The notes below the pieces were generated by a model. It was not told the origin of the DNA. It did not search any database and saw only the letters and a program-made list of their open reading frames with translations. Below are positions 41,546-50,879 of a stretch of 64,000 nucleotides of DNA, in pieces (within the stretch, counting starts at the first letter, position 1; each line of letters starts with the position of its first letter). The stretch is from Candidatus Daviesbacteria bacterium (GTDB taxonomy: Bacteria; Patescibacteriota; Microgenomatia; Daviesbacterales; UBA10151): positions 99,990 through 163,989 of the forward strand of contig JACPKL010000008.1 of NCBI GenBank assembly GCA_016187035.1, given 5' to 3'. The position numbers and the translations under genes are program-made.

Positions 41546-43062
41546 TAAAGAAGTTTGCCTTACTAAGTGTTTATGATAAAACCGGGATTTCTGATTTAGC
41601 TAAGATTTTAAGAGAGCTTGGATATGAAATTATTTCCACCGGCGGAACTTTTGAAGTTTTGAAAAATGACGGGATAAAAGTTATTCCAATTGAAGAGATC
41701 ACCGGAAATCCTAGGGATTCATTTGATGGCAGGATGAAAACTATCAGTTTTCAGATTGAGTCAGGAATTTTGTTTGACAGGGAAAATCCCAAGCATCTGG
41801 AGCAGGTTCAAAAATTAAATATTCCCCAAATAGATATTGTTGTTTGCAATCTTTATCCATTTGAAGAAAAACCTTCTATTGAAACAATTGATGTTGGTGG
41901 TCCCACTATGATTAGGGCAGCTGCTAAAAATTACCAAAATTGTGTAGTAATTGTTGACCCAAAAGATTATGGTCAAGTTAAAAATGTTTTGGATAATAAG
42001 CAATTAAGAAAACAATTGGCTTCTAAGGCTTTTTATCATTTGTCTTTTTATGACAGCCAGATTGGTAAGTTTTTTAATGAAGAAAAGTTTCCCAAAGAGG
42101 TGACAATTCCCCTCAGGAAAACTAATGTCTTAAGGTATGGAGAAAATCCGCATCAAGATGGAACTTTATATTTAACTGCGAATACTAATTCGCCACTTAG
42201 CAAATTAAACCATCTTTGGGGAAGGCAGTTATCTGGTACAAATATCGGTGACATCTATGCAGGAGTGGAGACTGTCAGACAATTTCAAGAAGCTGCAGCT
42301 TGTGTGGTCAAACATTTAAGCCCTTGTGGTATTGCGACAGGAACTGATGCAAAAGAAGCTTTAGATAGGGCAGTTGAAGCAGATCCTGTTTCTGCATTTG
42401 GTGGTGTAATAGTCTTAAATAGAAAAATGGATCTTGAGGCTGCAAAAATCGTAGCCACTTTTAAAAATGAAAAAGAGGGTAATATTGATATAGTGGCTGT
42501 TCCAGAGATTTCTGATCAGGCTTGTAAGCTACTAAGGGAAGTCAGAAAAAGTATGGGAATTTATACATTCGGCAATATACCTGATTACCGTACTGAAAAA
42601 TGGGATATAAAATATTTTGCAGGAGGAATGCTTTTACAGGATTTTGATGACAATGTGGAAAATAGCTTTAAAGATTGGGAAGTGGTGACAAAAACTAAAC
42701 CAATTGAAAAACAGTATAGATTAATGCAGTTTGGTTTTAAGGCAGTGAAAGCAGTCAGGTCAAATGCTGTTTTAGTAGTTGATAAAGATATGCCAATGAC
42801 CAGGGGAATTGGTTCCGGACAAACATCAAGGGTGGGTGCTGCTAAGATTGCCCTAGAGCAGGCAGGTGATTTTGCCAAAGGCGGTATATTAATCAGTGAT
42901 AGTTTTTTCCCTTTTGATGATTGTGTCAAGCTTGCGGCAAAATTTGGAATTAGTGCTATAGTAGAGCAAGGGGGATCTGTTAATGATGCAGCGTCAGTGG
43001 CAGCTGCAAATGAGGTAGGCATTTCAATGGTGTTTACAGAAAGGAGAGCATTTAGGCACTAG
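41542..43062 (+). CDS. purH: bifunctional AICAR transformylase/IMP cyclohydrolase
   Basis: LLSVYDKTG..STGGT, VCNLYPFE, RYGENPHQ, VKHLSPCG, GSGQTSRV, SDSFFPF, C-terminal ..FTERRAFRH. Confidence 0.9.
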   Translation: MIKKFALLSVYDKTGISDLAKILRELGYEIISTGGTFEVLKNDGIKVIPIEEITGNPRDSFDGRMKTISFQIESGILFDRENPKHLEQVQKLNIPQIDIVVCNLYPFEEKPSIETIDVGGPTMIRAAAKNYQNCVVIVDPKDYGQVKNVLDNKQLRKQLASKAFYHLSFYDSQIGKFFNEEKFPKEVTIPLRKTNVLRYGENPHQDGTLYLTANTNSPLSKLNHLWGRQLSGTNIGDIYAGVETVRQFQEAAACVVKHLSPCGIATGTDAKEALDRAVEADPVSAFGGVIVLNRKMDLEAAKIVATFKNEKEGNIDIVAVPEISDQACKLLREVRKSMGIYTFGNIPDYRTEKWDIKYFAGGMLLQDFDDNVENSFKDWEVVTKTKPIEKQYRLMQFGFKAVKAVRSNAVLVVDKDMPMTRGIGSGQTSRVGAAKIALEQAGDFAKGGILISDSFFPFDDCVKLAAKFGISAIVEQGGSVNDAASVAAANEVGISMVFTERRAFRH

Positions 43063-43066
43063 AAGA

Positions 43067-43104
43067 CCCTACGTGTCATCGTATTTCTACCTCGGAGGTA
43101 GGAT
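43067..43104. repeat. repeat type D
   Basis: 35/38 identical to 13394-13431. Begins 4 nt after the purH stop. Confidence 0.8.
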
Positions 43105-43114
43105 ATAGGATATC

Positions 43115-44488
43115 ATGATTATGAAAGATATTTTTAAAAATTATTCAAGTCCGTTTTCTTGGAGGTATGGGTCTGAGGAGATGAGACAGATCTTTTCCGA
43201 GGAAAATAAATATAAATTATGGAGAAAAATTTGGGTGGAGTTGGCTAGAGCACAAAACAAAGAGGGATTAGTGGGAAAAGAAGAATTAGAAGATTTAGAG
43301 AAAAATCAGAACAATATTAATATAGAAAGAATTTGGGAAATTGAAAAAGAGACAAGACATGATGTGGTAGCAGCAATTAAAGAATTTGGCGAGATTGCCA
43401 AAATTGGCGGTGGGAAAATACACCTTGGCGCTACTTCAATGGATATTAATGACAATACGGAAACCGTAAGAATGTACGAAGCGCTCGATATAATAGAAAA
43501 TCAATTAATAAAATTAATTAAAACCTTTGGTGAAAAAATTAATAAGTATGCTGACTTTGTTTGTATGGGTTACACCCATTTACAACCGGCAGAACCCACT
43601 ACTTTAGGATATAGATTTGCCTTTTATGCACAAGATCTATTAATGGATTTAGAGTTACTTCGATTTGTTAAAAAGAACTTAAAGAGTAAAGGATTAAAAG
43701 GGGCTGTTGGAACATCTGCCAGTTATGTCAGTTTATTAAATTTAGAAAAGGCCCAGCAGATGGAAAAAGAGGTATTAGAAGGATTAGGGGGATTAGAAGC
43801 CTATGAAATAACCAACCAGACTTCACCAAGAAAAATAGAAGTCTGGTTAGGGAATTTATTATCATCTATTGCTCAAAGTTTATATAAATTTGCTTTTGAT
43901 TTAAGAATTATGCAGTCTCCGCAGTTTGGCCAGTGGCAGGAGCCTTTTTCTAAATCCCAGGTTGGTTCATCAGCTATGCCTTTTAAGAAAAATCCAATTA
44001 AAGCTGAGCAAATCTGTTCTTTATCAAGACTCACGGTAAGTTTGTCAAGGGTGCTTTGGGATAATGCTTCGCATATGTTACTGGAAAGGACTCTTGATGA
44101 TTCAGCAAACAGAAGAATCGTCATCCCTGAGATGTTTTTGGCAATTGATGAAATGTTAACCAGTGCAGATAATATTGTTGCCGGGTTAATGATAAACGAT
44201 AAACAAGTAACGAAAAACCTTGAAACCTATTGGCCTTTTTCAGCATCAGAAGGAATAATTATTGAAGCAGTGAAAAAAGGTGCAGACAGGCAAAGAATAC
44301 ATGAAGTCTTAAGAGAAATTTCCACGGAAGCTGAACTAAAGCCTATGGTAGAATTATTTCTTAAGTCTCAAGAAATAAACAAATATTTAAGTTCTGAGGA
44401 AATTAAAAAATTACTGGATGCTAAAAATCATATTGGAAATGCCAAAGAAAAAGCTTTAGAATTGGTTAGTAAGATTAATAAAATATGA
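43115..44488 (+). CDS. purB: adenylosuccinate lyase
   Basis: Fumarate-lyase signature GSSAMPFKKNP, YTHLQPAEPTTLG. Confidence 0.9.
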   Translation: MIMKDIFKNYSSPFSWRYGSEEMRQIFSEENKYKLWRKIWVELARAQNKEGLVGKEELEDLEKNQNNINIERIWEIEKETRHDVVAAIKEFGEIAKIGGGKIHLGATSMDINDNTETVRMYEALDIIENQLIKLIKTFGEKINKYADFVCMGYTHLQPAEPTTLGYRFAFYAQDLLMDLELLRFVKKNLKSKGLKGAVGTSASYVSLLNLEKAQQMEKEVLEGLGGLEAYEITNQTSPRKIEVWLGNLLSSIAQSLYKFAFDLRIMQSPQFGQWQEPFSKSQVGSSAMPFKKNPIKAEQICSLSRLTVSLSRVLWDNASHMLLERTLDDSANRRIVIPEMFLAIDEMLTSADNIVAGLMINDKQVTKNLETYWPFSASEGIIIEAVKKGADRQRIHEVLREISTEAELKPMVELFLKSQEINKYLSSEEIKKLLDAKNHIGNAKEKALELVSKINKI

Positions 44489-44985
44489 CTAGGGTTCTTA
44501 TAATATCTGCATCTGAGTCTGATTTGATAGTGATGAGAGAGGCTGCAAAAGTTTTGGATGAATTTGGGGTTGAATATGAATTAACAATTTCTTCAGCCCA
44601 TAGATCACCTGATAGATCGGTAAAGTTAGTCAAAAATTTTTATGGCAGTGATGGAAAAGTAATTATTTGCGGAGCAGGGTTGGCCGCGCATTTGGCAGGG
44701 GTGGTGGCAGCACATTTTCCTTTGCCAGTGATAGGGGTTCCTTTAAAAAACAAAGGAGGATTAGAAGGGTTAGAGGGATTAGATGCATTGCTTTCTACAA
44801 TGCAGATGCCCTCAGGTATTCCAGTTGCTACTGTTGGAATAGATAATGCCAAGAATGCAGGAATCTTAGCAGTACAAATTTTAGCTACCTCAGATAAAAA
44901 CTTAGAAAGAAAATTGGTAGATTATAAGAAAAAGTTAGCAAGAATTGTGGAAGAAAAGGCAAAACAATTGTCATCCCGTACTTGA
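44485..44985 (+). CDS. purE: N5-CAIR mutase (class I PurE-like)
   Basis: SAHRSP, GAGLAAHLAGVVAA..PVIGVP, MPSGIPVATV. The AAHL loop resembles class I enzymes. The last 5 codons and the stop lie in repeat 44969-45039. Confidence 0.85.
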   Translation: MTRVLIISASESDLIVMREAAKVLDEFGVEYELTISSAHRSPDRSVKLVKNFYGSDGKVIICGAGLAAHLAGVVAAHFPLPVIGVPLKNKGGLEGLEGLDALLSTMQMPSGIPVATVGIDNAKNAGILAVQILATSDKNLERKLVDYKKKLARIVEEKAKQLSSRT

Positions 44986-45039
44986 TATGGGATCTATATA
45001 AATAATATTTTATGGATTCTCGCTTTCGCGGGGATGACA
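44969..45039. repeat. palindromic mini-element type A (AT-rich centre)
   Basis: TGTCATCCCGTA .. CGCGGGGATGACA termini, and GGATTCTCG is related to the GGAAGATTCCTCG module. Confidence 0.7.
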
Positions 45040-45046
45040 AGGATAT

Positions 45047-45985
45047 ATGGTACCAACTAAAAAGATTTTAGACAGTATTCCTCTTGTCCTCAAAACTATT
45101 AATATTCCCCGCCTTGGAGAAAAAAGCAGCGGCAAAGTCAGAGACTATTTTTTACTTGATGGAAAAAGAGTATTAGTAACTACTGACAGGTTATCTGCTT
45201 TTGACAGAGTATTAGGCTGTTTTCCTTATAAAGGACAGGTCTTGAACCAGTTGAGTGAGTTTTGGTTTGAAAAGACCAAGGATATCATTTTTAACCACAT
45301 GATTTCTGTGCCGGATCCAAATGTGATGATTGTTAAAAATTGTAAAACTATCCCGATAGAAATGGTAGTCCGCGGATTTATTACAGGTGTGACTGATACT
45401 TCCATTTGGGGATTTTACCAGGCAGGAGAAAGAGTGATTTATGGGATTAAATTTCCAGATGGATTAAAAAAGAATCAAAAACTGCCAGATCCGCTGATTA
45501 CTCCTACCACTAAAGCAGAACAGGGGCATGATGAGAGATTAACTGAAAAAGAAATATTAAAAAGAAAAATAGTTACCCCAAAAATCTGGAATCAAATGAA
45601 AACATCTAGCTTGGCACTTTTCAAAAGAGGGCAAAAAATTTGTGACAAAGGAGGAATAATTTTAGTTGATACCAAATATGAATTTGGGTTGGATGAAAAA
45701 AATAAATTAATTTTAATTGATGAAATACATACTCCTGATTCTTCCAGATTTTGGCTAAAGGGCACCCATAAAAATTTTGACAAAGAATTTTTAAGAATTT
45801 GGTTTGCCCAAAGGGGATATAAAGGAGAGGGTCAACCGCCAAAAATGCCAACTGAATTCATGGCTCAAGTTAGTGCCAGATACATAAAAATATATGAGAA
45901 GATTACCGGCAAAAAATTCCAAGCATTTAATTATCCAATAGACAAAAGAATCAAGAATAATTTAAAATATATATATGCCAAATAG
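45047..45985 (+). CDS. purC: SAICAR synthetase (long form)
   Basis: GKVRD.Y, TDRLSAFD, LVDTKYEFG, DEIHTPDSSRFW. Confidence 0.85.
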   Translation: MVPTKKILDSIPLVLKTINIPRLGEKSSGKVRDYFLLDGKRVLVTTDRLSAFDRVLGCFPYKGQVLNQLSEFWFEKTKDIIFNHMISVPDPNVMIVKNCKTIPIEMVVRGFITGVTDTSIWGFYQAGERVIYGIKFPDGLKKNQKLPDPLITPTTKAEQGHDERLTEKEILKRKIVTPKIWNQMKTSSLALFKRGQKICDKGGIILVDTKYEFGLDEKNKLILIDEIHTPDSSRFWLKGTHKNFDKEFLRIWFAQRGYKGEGQPPKMPTEFMAQVSARYIKIYEKITGKKFQAFNYPIDKRIKNNLKYIYAK

Positions 45986-46961
45986 TAATGGCTTTGTGCT
46001 AATAACCGGGACAGCTAATTTAAAATTAGCAAAAGATGTTGCTAAAATTTTAGGACAAAGAGTTTGGGAGACAGTTACAACGTTTGCGGATGGTGAAAAG
46101 AGGATTATCATTCCTGAAAATCTTAGAAAAAGAGAGGTATTTATTATTCAACCGACTTGTCCGCCTGTTGATTCGAGTATCATAGAGTTGTTTTTGATTA
46201 TTGATGCAGCAAAAAGATCCTCTGCCTCTGAAGTTACTGCTATAATTCCTTATTTTGGTTATTCGCGGCAGGACAGAAAAGACAGACCCAGAGTACCAAT
46301 ATCCGCATCGATTATGGCTAGGTTAATAGAATATGCAGGAGCAGATAGAATTCTGACTATTGACATTCATTCAGAACAGGAACCGGGTTTTGTGGAGATT
46401 CCCTGGGACAATTTATATAGCAGCTATTCGTTACTGCCAGTTCTCAAGGAAAGATTTCCTAGGAATCTAGTTGTGGCATCTCCTGATAAAAATGGGGTTG
46501 CAAGAGCAACTTTTTATGCAGAGCTATTAAAGGCAGACGGTATTGCAATCGGTTTTAAAGAAAGAGATACTAGTCAAAGAAATAAGAGTAAAGTTATGGA
46601 CATGATTGGAAACGTTAAGGATAAGGATGTGCTTTTAGTTGATGACATGATAGATACAGGAGGAACAATTGTTGATGCAGCAGATTTGATACAAAGTCGC
46701 GGGGCAAAAAGTATTTCTGTGGCAGCCACACATGGGATTTTTTCTGACCCTGCACCACAAAGAATTAAAGTTGCCCCGATTGATAAAATTTTTATCACGG
46801 ATACTATACCAATAAGACAGGATTTGTTAAGAAGTGGTAAAGTCGTGATAATTTCTGTTGCCAAACTTTTAGCAGAGGCAATAGGCTGTATTTACAATGG
46901 AGATTCAATGAGTGAAAAACTGATTCCCAAAGCACATAGAACATATGAAGAAAGAGATTAA
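45975..46961 (+). CDS. prs: ribose-phosphate pyrophosphokinase
   Basis: FADGE, YFGYSRQDRKDRPRVPISA, VDDMIDTGGT. Confidence 0.9.
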   Translation: MPNSNGFVLITGTANLKLAKDVAKILGQRVWETVTTFADGEKRIIIPENLRKREVFIIQPTCPPVDSSIIELFLIIDAAKRSSASEVTAIIPYFGYSRQDRKDRPRVPISASIMARLIEYAGADRILTIDIHSEQEPGFVEIPWDNLYSSYSLLPVLKERFPRNLVVASPDKNGVARATFYAELLKADGIAIGFKERDTSQRNKSKVMDMIGNVKDKDVLLVDDMIDTGGTIVDAADLIQSRGAKSISVAATHGIFSDPAPQRIKVAPIDKIFITDTIPIRQDLLRSGKVVIISVAKLLAEAIGCIYNGDSMSEKLIPKAHRTYEERD

Positions 46962-48070
46962 CGAAGATCCAAAGTCTTATCTTCAAATGTAATATTTTTT
47001 GGTTTGATAACTACCTGTTTTTCACCCTGGCAAACTTCCCCTGCATAAATGGATTTTAGATTAAGGTTACTGGCAATGCTTTGAGCTTTTTCCAGCTGAT
47101 CTTTTGGCAGGTAAATAGCATATCCTGCCCCCATATTAAAGTTTCCATACATTTCTTCATCACTATTGCCGGAGTGTTCCTTTATAAAATCAAAAATAGG
47201 AGGGACTTCGGGAATTTGGGAAATCACATAGCTCAAATTTTTATCAGCCCTCATCAATTTTCTCCAGCCATGCCCGGTGATATTAACCATATAATGGATA
47301 TCAATTCCGGCTTCAAATAATTCCTTGATTAAATTCACATATATATGGGCAGGTGTTAAAAGGGCAGTTCCAAACATTGTTCCGTCAGCCAGTTTGCTGA
47401 TATATCTTTCCGGCAAATTCTCAGCTACTGCTCTGGCTAAAGATAAACCATTAGCATGAATACCACTGCTTTCAATCAGCATAATAGCATCTCCGGCTTG
47501 TAATTTGTCACTAACAGTTAACCTACTCTTGGGTTTAATAATTCCAATACAAGAGCCTACTAAATCAATAGTTTCAGGGTAAATAATACCTTTGAGTCCT
47601 GGTGTTTCTCCGCCGCCCCAGGTAGCTCCTGCCATCTCACAAGCTTTTGCCCATCCTTCGACTAATGCAGTTGAACGTTCATCATCAGAAAACCAATCAG
47701 GACCACCTGTTCCAAAATAGGCATTTATAACTTGCGGCAGGGCGCCAACTGTTAAAATATCATTAACAATAGCAGCTATGCTGTCTTGTGCAATAGCATC
47801 GTAATAGGATTCCTTGCCGATTTTGGCCATTTCATCAGCCACTAAATTTTTAGTGCCTAAGCCTTCGATTACAAATGCCCTGTAGCAATTTTCTTCTTCC
47901 CAAACATAGGCAGATTCACCCCGGCTTTCTGAGACTTCTTTTAAGTTAAATTGTTGTAAGTTTTTAGAAGTTTGTTGGCCCATTTTTTGAGCAAGGCGTT
48001 TGAGAGGATCCATCAAATTATAATTAACACCAGTAGCACAGTAGGTAATTTTTGACTTATTCACCTTCAT
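46958..48070 (-). CDS. purM: AIR synthetase (divergent PurM-family)
   Basis: PurM/AIR-synthase fold: EGLGTKNLVA, AIVNDILTVGA, GGGETPGL, NMGAGY. It is the only PurM candidate in the pur cluster. Confidence 0.7.
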   Translation of the reverse strand: MKVNKSKITYCATGVNYNLMDPLKRLAQKMGQQTSKNLQQFNLKEVSESRGESAYVWEEENCYRAFVIEGLGTKNLVADEMAKIGKESYYDAIAQDSIAAIVNDILTVGALPQVINAYFGTGGPDWFSDDERSTALVEGWAKACEMAGATWGGGETPGLKGIIYPETIDLVGSCIGIIKPKSRLTVSDKLQAGDAIMLIESSGIHANGLSLARAVAENLPERYISKLADGTMFGTALLTPAHIYVNLIKELFEAGIDIHYMVNITGHGWRKLMRADKNLSYVISQIPEVPPIFDFIKEHSGNSDEEMYGNFNMGAGYAIYLPKDQLEKAQSIASNLNLKSIYAGEVCQGEKQVVIKPKNITFEDKTLDLR

Positions 48071-48080
48071 AATATATCAT
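48052..48080 (+). promoter_or_regulatory. suf operon promoter embedded in the purM 5' coding region, leaderless configuration
   Basis: TTGACT 48052-48057, 17-nt spacer, TATCAT 48075-48080. ATG 48088 is 7 nt downstream, with no SD. Confidence 0.45.
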
Positions 48081-48087
48081 CCTGCGT

Positions 48088-48318
48088 ATGCAAATGAAAG
48101 ATGCCACCAGACTCAAGAAAGATATGCCTATCTTAGAAATTGCAGAAAAATCCCCAAAAGCTGTAGAGTTATTAGCTATGTATGGCCTGCATTGCACTAA
48201 TTGTTTTTTTAATAATTCAGAAACTTTGGAAGATGGGGCAAGATTGCATGGTATGACTGATAAGGAGACAGACTTAATGGTTGAGGAGATTAACAGGGAA
48301 CTGGAGAAAGATACATGA
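48088..48318 (+). CDS. DUF1858-type small redox/disulfide domain protein
   Basis: DMPILEIAEKSPKAVELLAMYGLHCTNC..ETLEDGARLHG resembles the hybrid-cluster-protein-associated DUF1858 pattern. Confidence 0.55.
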   Translation: MQMKDATRLKKDMPILEIAEKSPKAVELLAMYGLHCTNCFFNNSETLEDGARLHGMTDKETDLMVEEINRELEKDT

Positions 48319-49049
48319 AAAACCAATTAATCATTCAGGATTTATTTGTATCTACAAAGACGGGTAAACAAATTGTTGATGGGGTCAACCTAAAAATTAA
48401 AACAGGCGAGATACATATTTTAATGGGTCCAAATGGATCAGGCAAATCTACCTTAACAGATGCATTAATGGGGCATCCGGAGTATAAAATAACCTCCGGG
48501 AAGTTAATTTTAAACGGGCAGGATATCACAAATTTTCCTATTGATAAAAAAGCCAAGCTGGGACTGTTTTTAGGATTCCAGTATCCTATTGAAGTAGCTG
48601 GAGTAAACTTTGCGCAGTTTTTGAGAATGGCTGTTAATGAGCAGTCTTCTAAAAGGGTCTCTCCTGTTGCGTTTAGAAATATTTTAAAGAGTCAGGCCAA
48701 AAAATTATCTTTAAAAGATGAAATTATTGAACGCTGCCTTAATGAAGGTTTTTCCGGGGGAGAGAAGAAAAAGGCAGAGATTTTGCAGCTTAGTTTATTA
48801 AAACCCAAATTTGCCATACTGGATGAACCTGATTCCGGACTTGATGCGGATGCCTTAAAGTACTTATTTAACTTTATAAATAATTTAGATTTTCCGCTGG
48901 GAATGCTGCTGATTACACATAACCAAAGAATACTTCACTTTGTCAAAGCGGACTTTGTCCATATTATGATAAAGGGAGAAATTGTTAAATCAGGTGATTT
49001 TAATCTGGTGGAAGAAATTGAAAGGTCAGGCTATGCTGAATTTGCCTAA
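48315..49049 (+). CDS. sufC: Fe-S cluster assembly ATPase SufC
   Basis: [27 protein letters not shown]. Confidence 0.9.
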   Translation: MKNQLIIQDLFVSTKTGKQIVDGVNLKIKTGEIHILMGPNGSGKSTLTDALMGHPEYKITSGKLILNGQDITNFPIDKKAKLGLFLGFQYPIEVAGVNFAQFLRMAVNEQSSKRVSPVAFRNILKSQAKKLSLKDEIIERCLNEGFSGGEKKKAEILQLSLLKPKFAILDEPDSGLDADALKYLFNFINNLDFPLGMLLITHNQRILHFVKADFVHIMIKGEIVKSGDFNLVEEIERSGYAEFA

Positions 49050-50367
49050 AGGTTTAAATTCAAAAACAGTTGAGGCGATTTCTCATTACAAGAATGAACC
49101 GGATTGGATGAGGCGGTTTAGGTTAAAAGCATTAGGTTTATTTTTAAAAAAATCTATGCCTTTGTGGGGCGCTGATTTATCAGGTATTAATCTTGATGAT
49201 ATCTATTATTATATCTCTCCAACTGATAAAAAATTTAAAAGCTGGGATGAAGTGCCAAAACAGATCAAAGATACTTATGACAAAATTGGCATACCTGAGG
49301 CAGAAAAGAAGTTTTTGGCAGGTGTTGGAGCAATGTATGATTCAGAAGTTATTTATCATAATTTAAAAAAGCAATGGGAAGATAAAGGAGTTATCTTTGT
49401 CAGTATAGATACTGCCCTGAAAATTTATCCGGATATTTTCAAACAATATTTCAGCACTGTGATTTCGCCTGATGATAATAAATTTGCAAGCTTAAACAGT
49501 GCAGTGTGGAGCGGGGGAAGCTTTGTTTATATACCAAAAGGAGTACATGTGGATATTCCTTTGCAAGCCTATTTTAGGATTAATGCTGTCAGCATGGGAC
49601 AATTTGAAAGGACTTTAATTATTGCTGAAGAAGGAAGTTACCTTACTTATATTGAGGGTTGCAGCGCGCCAATTTACTCTAAGGACTCTTTGCATGCAGC
49701 AGTGGTAGAAATAATTGTTAAAAAAGGCGCCAGGGTTAGATATACAACTATACAAAATTGGTCCAGTAATGTTTATAACTTAGTTACCAAAAGGGCTATT
49801 GTAGAGGAAGAAGGAATCTGCGAATGGGTGGACGGCAACTTGGGTTCTAAAGTAACCATGAAATACCCCTCTGTTTACTTAAAAGGGAAAGGAAGTAAAG
49901 GTGAGATTTTATCCCTAGCTTTTGCCTCGCGGAATCAGATACAGGATGCCGGAGGAAAAGCTGTGCATTTAGCCCCATATACTTCAAGCACTATTACCTC
50001 AAAATCAGTCAGTGTACATGGGGGCAGAACCAGTTACAGAGGATTTGTGAAAATTAATCATGGCGCAAAAGGATCCAAATCTCTTGTCCGTTGTAGCGCT
50101 TTAATATTAGACTCAGTTTCCCGTTCTGATACTTATCCCACTAATGTGATAGAAGAGGAAGATGTTACTTTGGGGCATGAAGCAACTGTTTCTAAAATAG
50201 GAGAGCAGCAAATTTTTTATTTAATGTCACGCGGATTAAATGAGACTCAGGCATCTTCAATGATAGTTAATGGGTTTATCGAGCCGGTAATTAAACAGCT
50301 GCCTTTGGAGTATGCTGTAGAGCTTAATAAATTGATAGATTTATCAATGGAAGGTAGCTTAGGTTGA
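49033..50367 (+). CDS. sufB: Fe-S cluster assembly scaffold SufB
   Basis: [53 protein letters not shown] 49033. Confidence 0.9.
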   Translation: MLNLPKGLNSKTVEAISHYKNEPDWMRRFRLKALGLFLKKSMPLWGADLSGINLDDIYYYISPTDKKFKSWDEVPKQIKDTYDKIGIPEAEKKFLAGVGAMYDSEVIYHNLKKQWEDKGVIFVSIDTALKIYPDIFKQYFSTVISPDDNKFASLNSAVWSGGSFVYIPKGVHVDIPLQAYFRINAVSMGQFERTLIIAEEGSYLTYIEGCSAPIYSKDSLHAAVVEIIVKKGARVRYTTIQNWSSNVYNLVTKRAIVEEEGICEWVDGNLGSKVTMKYPSVYLKGKGSKGEILSLAFASRNQIQDAGGKAVHLAPYTSSTITSKSVSVHGGRTSYRGFVKINHGAKGSKSLVRCSALILDSVSRSDTYPTNVIEEEDVTLGHEATVSKIGEQQIFYLMSRGLNETQASSMIVNGFIEPVIKQLPLEYAVELNKLIDLSMEGSLG

Positions 50368-50879
50368 GCCAGCAACTGGTTCCAATTCTTTGGACAGGTT
50401 TGGAAAAAAATCTGTCGTATGATTTTACTCTCTCAAAAAGAGGATCTAGTATATCTATATTAGGACTGTTATTAGGTAAAGGGGGAAAGAGATTAAATAT
50501 TACAATTAATGTTGTACATAAAGCGCCTGATACTAAAAGCGAGATCATTTTAAAAGGAGTATTAAAAGGTAATTCAGAAGTTAATTTTAAAGGTCTGGTA
50601 AAAATAAATAAAGGAGCTAAAGGCACAGAAACCTGGCAAGCTGTACATCTTTTAATTTTGTCTGACCAGGCAAAAGGTACAGCAATACCGTCTTTAGAGA
50701 TTTTAGAAAATGATGTTAAAGCAGGTCATGAGATTACTGTGGGGAAAATTTCAGATATGGAAATGTTTTATTTACAAAGCAGAGGTCTATCCAAACAACA
50801 GGCAAAAAAATTAATTGTCCAGGGATTTTTATCAGAAGTTTATGAAAAGAGACAAATTTATGAAAGTAAGCTTAGTTAA
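50364..50879 (+). CDS. sufD: truncated SufD-like protein (171 aa, C-terminal half of the SufBD fold)
   Basis: ..[33 protein letters not shown].. , [25 protein letters not shown] start overlapping the sufB stop. Confidence 0.6.
   Translation: MSQQLVPILWTGLEKNLSYDFTLSKRGSSISILGLLLGKGGKRLNITINVVHKAPDTKSEIILKGVLKGNSEVNFKGLVKINKGAKGTETWQAVHLLILSDQAKGTAIPSLEILENDVKAGHEITVGKISDMEMFYLQSRGLSKQQAKKLIVQGFLSEVYEKRQIYESKLS

Noticed and set aside
43094-43098. GGAGG inside the type D repeat as the purB Shine-Dalgarno
   Set aside because: It lies 16 nt from ATG 43115, and further from ATG 43121, which is too distant for a functional SD.
44758-44784. Triple 9-nt repeat GGATTAGAA GGGTTAGAG GGATTAGAT (GLEGLEGLD) in purE as an element insertion
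   Set aside because: It is a simple codon-unit expansion of the conserved GLD loop, with no similarity to the palindromic families. A similar GGATTAG-rich stretch in purB (43781-43800) looks coincidental.
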